DNA of 54,320 nucleotides from a virus: UHGV virus genome UHGV-1522278; one strand, 5' to 3'. Shown piece by piece: positions 54,144 to 54,320 of this stretch (position 1 is its first letter; each line of letters starts with the position of its first letter). The notes under the pieces were generated by a model. It saw only the letters and a program-made list of their open reading frames with translations, ran no database searches and was not told where the DNA came from. The position numbers and the translations under genes were made by a program.

Positions 54144-54320
54144 TTGATAAATCAAAAACAAAAACAAGTCATAAGATATTGAATGCAAATAGGTTTTTCG
54201 TTAAACTACCCATTCAAAAGATAAGCGGATAGGGCAAGACTAACGAATAGTAAGTACCCAGTTTTGCGTCTGGTTTGTAGCGTTGCAGGAATCCAAGAAA
54301 CAGTGGAACAAAAGGAGATA

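Noticed and set aside
1-54320. Searched by eye for tRNA-like, rRNA or CRISPR repeat-spacer structure
   Set aside because: No convincing tRNA T-arm motifs or acceptor stems and no repeat-spacer arrays found; a computational scan (tRNAscan-SE, CRISPR finders) would be needed to exclude them.
54144-54320. Right flank examined for genes or tRNA
   Set aside because: No ORF or RNA gene of its own; looks like a promoter/RBS region for a gene beginning beyond the window edge.

Overview
The window is almost entirely one complete temperate siphovirus-type (lambdoid, mosaic) prophage of about 53.9 kb, apparently from an enterobacterial-type host. Candidate ends are an imperfect 22-bp direct repeat at 231-252 and 54122-54143. 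Layout: a tyrosine integrase and AlpA-like excisionase at the left end; a minus-strand replication/nin-like operon (NinB, DnaB-type helicase, an HTH-metallophosphoesterase fusion, Rha/KilAC antirepressor, replisome organiser); a divergent immunity region with a cI-like S24 repressor; then a long plus-strand operon with an Arg-rich N-like ORF behind a boxA/boxB-like site, Erf, SSB, many small ORFs, a Dam-like and a C5-MTase-like gene, NinG, RusA and a DnaJ-type zinc-finger protein; a phage-21-like lysis cassette (pinholin, SAR endolysin, Rz/Rz1); a tandem array of micro-ORFs for tiny membrane peptides; terminase, portal, head genes; and lambda-like tail genes (tape measure, M, L, K, I, J) plus a long side tail fibre with a C-terminal chaperone domain. 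The most unusual content is three minus-strand cassettes of unknown function inserted inside the plus-strand tail module (37335-37850, 40380-41106, 41858-42785) and a lipoprotein gene after J, together with several dispersed repeated intergenic motifs. No rRNA, tRNA or CRISPR array was found. All calls come from reading the sequence and ORF translations by eye; no database search was run, so family assignments are from motif recognition and remembered homologies.
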